Positions 44,129 through 47,952 of a stretch of DNA of 47,952 nucleotides are shown piece after piece (within the stretch, counting starts at the first letter, position 1; every line of letters starts with the position of its first letter). Position numbers and translations under genes: made by a program. Under the pieces are notes generated by a model. It saw only the letters and a list, made by a program, of their open reading frames with translations. It was not told the DNA's origin and made no database searches. Source of the stretch: an uncultured Prevotellaceae bacterium (GTDB lineage: Bacteria > Bacteroidota > Bacteroidia > Bacteroidales > Bacteroidaceae). The stretch spans positions 1 to 47,952 of the forward strand of contig CALZQV010000001.1 in the NCBI GenBank assembly GCA_945828295.1, given 5' to 3'.

Positions 44129-44472
44129 CCACACATCGCATGTCCATCCCCCTTCGTAGCCACCGCCCTCCGTCGTGCATCATCCCCACTCCACCCCGAC
44201 GTTAAAAAACGCTCCGATTATTTGGCCGAATGAAAACAATAAGTCAATGGCATATATTAGGATGTAAGGTCGTGTCAAAGTAACTGACACGTCCTTTTCC
44301 CTGTTATTGAGAGGGGGGATGATAGGCGCGGATATAATCCGCACCTGAGGGGACGGGAAACGCACAGAGGGACGGGGACGGGGAAGGGCGATGGCGGCAG
44401 TTGTCCCGTCGCTTCACTGCAAATTTCATTTGCCAATGGCCAACGAGAACTTGATGCGTACGTTGCCGCCCT

Positions 44473-45597
44473 CTATAAATACTGGAGGTAGTTTTCTGGC
44501 GTAACGACAACAGCCTCAGCCACAGGGTAGGCCTTAATGAAAGACGCTGGGAAGGAAGCTTTTGCCTTATGAGGATTCCATTTCATCTCAAAAGCGAAGA
44601 ACTGGCCATCGATCTCCTCGATGTAATCAATTTCCTGTTGGGACTTGGTGCGCCAGAAGTAGCTCCGGGCATAGCGCCCGGCATAGTGGTTGGCCTTTAG
44701 GCGCTCGCTAATGAAGAAGTTCTCCCAAAGAGCGCCCACATCGCCACGCAATGCCAGGGGGGTGAAGTTACGCAGAATGGCATTTCGTATGCCATTATCG
44801 TAGAAATATATCTTTCGGCTCTTTTTCAGTTCATTGCGCAGGTTTCGGCTAAAAGCAGGGAGGCGAAAGACAATAAAGCATTTCTCCAGAAGGTCGATAT
44901 ACTTCTCCACGGTCTTGCTGTCGGACCCTACGGTTTGGGCCAACTCATTGTAGGAAACCTCACTCCCGATTTGCAGGGCCAGAGCCACCAAAAGTTTTTC
45001 CAACAATGCCGGTTTCCGGATTCCCTCAATTTCGAGAAGGTCCTTATACATATAACTGCTCGTGAGATTTGTCAAAGTTTCCCTGACCTCGGATTGATAG
45101 TTAAGGACGTCCGGATAGGACCCAAAGATAAGACGGCTTTCGAGGGCCTGTTTGACCGCGAGGATACCATTCGACTGGAGGATTTCGCTTGTTGCTATGG
45201 GGTATAGCATATACTCCCACTTTCGACCTGTCATGGGCTCATTGATGCGCGCACGCAAATCGAGAGAAGAGGAACCCGTCACCAGCAACTGGACATGAGG
45301 GTAATTATCCTGTATGCGCTTCAAGGTAAGCCCTATGTCAACAGCACGTTGTGCCTCGTCGACCATAATAATCTGGTTGTCTGCAACCAGTTGCTGCAGG
45401 TCTGTCAATGTTGAATTCGTCAGGAGTTCACGGGCATCTGCCTCATCAAGGTTAAGACGCAGGACCTTTTCCGTGCGCCCGCGCAGTATCTCATTTAACA
45501 GAGTCGTTTTGCCAACCTGACGTGCGCCCACGACAACTATGGCCTTGCCCTTAAAAAGCTTCTGCTCTATCTTTGCCTGTAACTCGCGTTTAATCAT
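44473..45597 (-). CDS. AAA-superfamily ATPase (COG1373/DUF4143-type), function unknown
   Basis: Walker A GARQVGKTT and Walker B IIMVDEAQ. Visibly lower GC than its neighbours. The start was moved to MIKRELQ (45597), consistent with the -7 box at 45621-45628. Confidence 0.75.
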   Translation of the reverse strand: MIKRELQAKIEQKLFKGKAIVVVGARQVGKTTLLNEILRGRTEKVLRLNLDEADARELLTNSTLTDLQQLVADNQIIMVDEAQRAVDIGLTLKRIQDNYPHVQLLVTGSSSLDLRARINEPMTGRKWEYMLYPIATSEILQSNGILAVKQALESRLIFGSYPDVLNYQSEVRETLTNLTSSYMYKDLLEIEGIRKPALLEKLLVALALQIGSEVSYNELAQTVGSDSKTVEKYIDLLEKCFIVFRLPAFSRNLRNELKKSRKIYFYDNGIRNAILRNFTPLALRGDVGALWENFFISERLKANHYAGRYARSYFWRTKSQQEIDYIEEIDGQFFAFEMKWNPHKAKASFPASFIKAYPVAEAVVVTPENYLQYL

Positions 45598-45620
45598 AAG
45601 GAGCAATATAAATGATGGTG

Positions 45621-45628
45621 CAAACTTA
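45621..45628 (-). promoter_or_regulatory. -7 box TAAGTTTG for the AAA-ATPase gene
   Basis: The reverse complement of CAAACTTA, 24 nt upstream of the ATG at 45597. Confidence 0.5.
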
Positions 45629-45668
45629 CTATAATTAATCCTTAAATCCAAAATAATGATGACTTTTT

Positions 45669-45682
45669 TGGATTATAATCCA
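45669..45682. promoter_or_regulatory. Perfect 14-bp palindrome TGGATTATAATCCA (candidate operator or recombination site)
   Basis: Self-complementary by inspection. It lies about 45 nt upstream of the ATPase -7 box and is surrounded by further GGATT half-sites. Confidence 0.35.
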
Positions 45683-45849
45683 GAAAACGACAGATAATTT
45701 AGGATTTATTCGGTGTCGTGCGCGGAGGGGGGCTGACAGGCGGAGGGGAGCGGAAGCAGATGTTTGTAGGCTGAAATTTGGAAATACAAAGTATTTTTCT
45801 TATCTTCGCGGCGTGAAATACAAATAATATAATAATAGGTATAACACGC

Positions 45850-46437
45850 ATGGAAAAAATTCAGGAACTCACCGAGAAGATTTACCACGAGGGAGTCGAG
45901 AAAGGCCAGCAGGAAGCCGACCGCCTCATTGCCGAGGCTAAGGCTCAGGCCGAGAAAATCGTAGCCGAGGCCAAGGAACAGGCTCAGGCCATCGAGAATG
46001 TGGCAAAGCGCAAGGCCACGGAGTTGGAGACCAACACGAAGAACGAGTTGAAGCTGTACACCGGCCAGGCCCTGAACGCCCTGAAGAGCGAGGTGGCCAA
46101 CGTGCTGACCGACAAGGTCGTGGGTCAGGACGTGGAGAAGCTGGTTCAGGACAAGGACTTCCTGGGCAAGTTTGCCGTCAGCCTGGCCGAGAAGTGGACA
46201 AGCAACGAACCCGCCGTCATCAGCGCCAAGGACGCCGAGGGGCTGAAGGCCTACTTCATGAAGCACGCCAAGGACCTGCTGGACAAGGGCGTGCGCATCG
46301 AGAAGGTTAACGGCATCGACACCCTGTTCACCATCCAGCCCGAGGACGGAAGCTACAAAGTACAATTCGGAAAGGAAGAGTTCGAGACCTACTTCAAGGC
46401 CTTCCTGCGTCCGCAACTCGTTGACATGCTATTCTAA
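45850..46437 (+). CDS. V-type ATPase subunit E-like protein
   Basis: 195-aa coiled-coil N-terminus rich in A/E/K. It is the first gene before DUF2764 and the A subunit, as in Bacteroidetes V-ATPase operons. Confidence 0.7.
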   Translation: MEKIQELTEKIYHEGVEKGQQEADRLIAEAKAQAEKIVAEAKEQAQAIENVAKRKATELETNTKNELKLYTGQALNALKSEVANVLTDKVVGQDVEKLVQDKDFLGKFAVSLAEKWTSNEPAVISAKDAEGLKAYFMKHAKDLLDKGVRIEKVNGIDTLFTIQPEDGSYKVQFGKEEFETYFKAFLRPQLVDMLF

Positions 46438-46440
46438 CAG

Positions 46441-47286
46441 ATGAGTAACTACTATTGCACAATGGCCGGCGCGCCCACCATAGAACTGGCGGACGCCAAG
46501 CCTGGAATGTCGGTAGCGGACATGCGCGCCCAGCTGGAGCCCGAGCTCACCGACGCCGACCGCCGGCTGCTCAGTCTGCTATTCCTCAGGCACGACGCCG
46601 AGAACCTCGTGGCCCTGCTGAAGGACCCCGAGGCCGAGGTGACGGCCGACGGCCTCTACAGCCGCGAAGAGTACGGACAGATACTACAGGAAGCCAGCGA
46701 GATTGACCTGGGCGCGAGCAAGTACCCGGCATTCCTTGTCGACTTCGCACACCAATACCCCGACATGCAGCAGCAAGCCGGCTTCTTCGCCGAAGACGAG
46801 ATGCTGATCCGCTACTACCAGTACGGCATCAGCCAGAGCAGCGACAGCATGGTGCGCCAGTGGTTCCAGCTGAACCTCGACGTCACCAACATCATGACCG
46901 CCATGATTGCCCGCAAGCAAGGATGGAATGCCAGCGAATACGTCAGGGGCGAGGGAGAAGTCGTAGACATGATACGCACCAACGACAGCCACGACTTCGG
47001 ACTCGGCGCGCTGCTCGACTACACGGCAGCCATCATGCCCATCGTGGACGAGCAAGACCCCGTGGAGAAGGAGCGCCGGCTCGACGCCTTCAAGTGGCTG
47101 TGGCTCGACGAGAAGACCTTTGCCGACACGTTCTCGGTGGAAGCCGTCTTTGCCTACCTCTGCAAACTCGAAATCCAGGAGCGCTGGGCACGGCTCGACG
47201 CCGAACAAGGCCGCGCCACCTTCGAACAGATCATCAACGACCTGCGCTCCGAAGCCAAGGTGCCCGAGGAATTTATAAGAAAATAA
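46441..47286 (+). CDS. DUF2764-family protein (V-ATPase subunit C-like)
   Basis: 281 aa. The call rests on position between the E-like and A subunits and is from memory of this operon type. Confidence 0.6.
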   Translation: MSNYYCTMAGAPTIELADAKPGMSVADMRAQLEPELTDADRRLLSLLFLRHDAENLVALLKDPEAEVTADGLYSREEYGQILQEASEIDLGASKYPAFLVDFAHQYPDMQQQAGFFAEDEMLIRYYQYGISQSSDSMVRQWFQLNLDVTNIMTAMIARKQGWNASEYVRGEGEVVDMIRTNDSHDFGLGALLDYTAAIMPIVDEQDPVEKERRLDAFKWLWLDEKTFADTFSVEAVFAYLCKLEIQERWARLDAEQGRATFEQIINDLRSEAKVPEEFIRK

Positions 47287-47302
47287 TAAACGATAAAGAT
47301 AT

Positions 47303-47952
47303 ATGGTTACAAAAGGAAAAGTCAGTGGCGTAGTCTCCAACATGGTCACCCTCCGCGTGGACGGGCCCGTGCAGCAGGGAGAAATATGCTACATCACGAC
47401 CGGCGGCGACCGTCTGATGGCCGAGGTCATCAAGGTCATCGGTCAGGACGTGTACGTGCAGGTGTTTGAAAGCACCCGCGGCCTTAAAGTAGGCGCAGAG
47501 GCCGAATTCACCGGCCACATGCTGGAGATACAACTTGGCCCCGGCATGCTCAGTAAGAACTACGACGGTCTGCAAAACGACCTCGACAAGATGGAAGGCG
47601 TGTTCCTGAAGAGAGGACAATACACCGAGCCCCTCGACGCCGACCGCCTCTGGGACTTCGAGCCCCTGGCCAAGGTGGGCGACAAGGTGCAGGAGAGCGA
47701 CTGGCTGGGTAAGGTAGAGGAGAACCACCAGCCCCTGAAAATCATGGTACCCTTCCAGCTGAAGGGTGTGGCCACGGTGAAGAGCATCGTGCCCGCCGGC
47801 CAGTACAAAATCCACGACACCATTGCCGTGCTCGAGGACGAGCAGGGACAGGAGGTGAAGGTGGACATGGTTCAGCACTGGCCCGTAAAGTTCGCCATGA
47901 CCAACTACAAGCAGAAGCCCCGCCCCTTCAAACTGCTGGAGACGGGCGTGCG
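47303..47952 (+). CDS. atpA: V-type ATP synthase catalytic subunit A (5' partial, runs off the window)
   Basis: I translated it myself because it is not in the ORF track: MVTKGKVSGVVSNMVTLRVDGPVQQGEICYI...MAEVIKVIGQDVYVQVFESTRGLKVGAEAEFTG. The frame stays open to 47952. Confidence 0.88.
   Translation, partial: MVTKGKVSGVVSNMVTLRVDGPVQQGEICYITTGGDRLMAEVIKVIGQDVYVQVFESTRGLKVGAEAEFTGHMLEIQLGPGMLSKNYDGLQNDLDKMEGVFLKRGQYTEPLDADRLWDFEPLAKVGDKVQESDWLGKVEENHQPLKIMVPFQLKGVATVKSIVPAGQYKIHDTIAVLEDEQGQEVKVDMVQHWPVKFAMTNYKQKPRPFKLLETGV

Noticed and set aside
44180-44510. Small ORFs 44180-44365(-) and 44304-44510(-) in the long spacer.
   Set aside because: I see no -7 box or plausible start context, and their composition is odd. 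One overlaps the 3' end of the ATPase gene and neither has recognisable motifs.
45598-45651. The longer start of the AAA-ATPase ORF at 45651.
   Set aside because: A TAAGTTTG -7 box (45621-45628) lies inside the extension. The ATG at 45597 gives an N-terminus (MIKRELQ...) at a normal distance from the Walker A motif.

Overview
High-GC Bacteroidota chromosomal segment, probably Bacteroidales and Prevotellaceae-like. That placement is inferred from TAnnTTTG -7 promoter boxes, a T9SS C-terminal sorting domain, a PorT-like gene, a V-type ATPase operon with a DUF2764 gene, and a lipoprotein-rich B12 locus. All calls come from reading the sequence and ORF translations by eye; no searches were run.

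Left third: sufE, dusB and a U32 peptidase gene run without gaps into the late cobalamin pathway (cobQ-cobD-cbiB-cobU-cobT-cobS). A cobalamin riboswitch (about 8703-8885) then heads a B12 capture and uptake locus with three lipoprotein genes, btuB, btuF and btuC. A GH20 hexosaminidase gene with its own canonical promoter interrupts this locus, and its stop overlaps the btuD start.

Middle: rnr, an epimerase gene, and a very compact minus-strand gene string. The string is GH43 (T9SS-secreted), a NapH/NapG-like fused polyferredoxin, a Tat-exported Fe-S aldo/keto-reductase lipoprotein, tatA and tatC. I consider this string the best candidate for an undescribed system.

Right third: topB, an OmpA/TPR/PD40 protein, a PAP2-like protein with degenerate catalytic motifs, asd, an MFS transporter, a cation:proton antiporter, an ABC ATPase, cvfB-like and rplS. 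These are followed by a split, order-swapped 5'-nucleotidase, a PorT-like barrel, a small ferredoxin, a lower-GC AAA-ATPase islet, and the start of a V-ATPase operon.

Two unusual repeat layers lie in and between the genes:
- Micro-arrays of 7-, 9- and 11-nt units. Two of them form long hairpins, one in frame inside dusB and one over the btuB start codon and signal peptide.
- Three arrays of C(A/G)TCG-core palindromes phased every 21-23 nt.

I recognised no rRNA, tRNA, CRISPR array, transposase or integrase.
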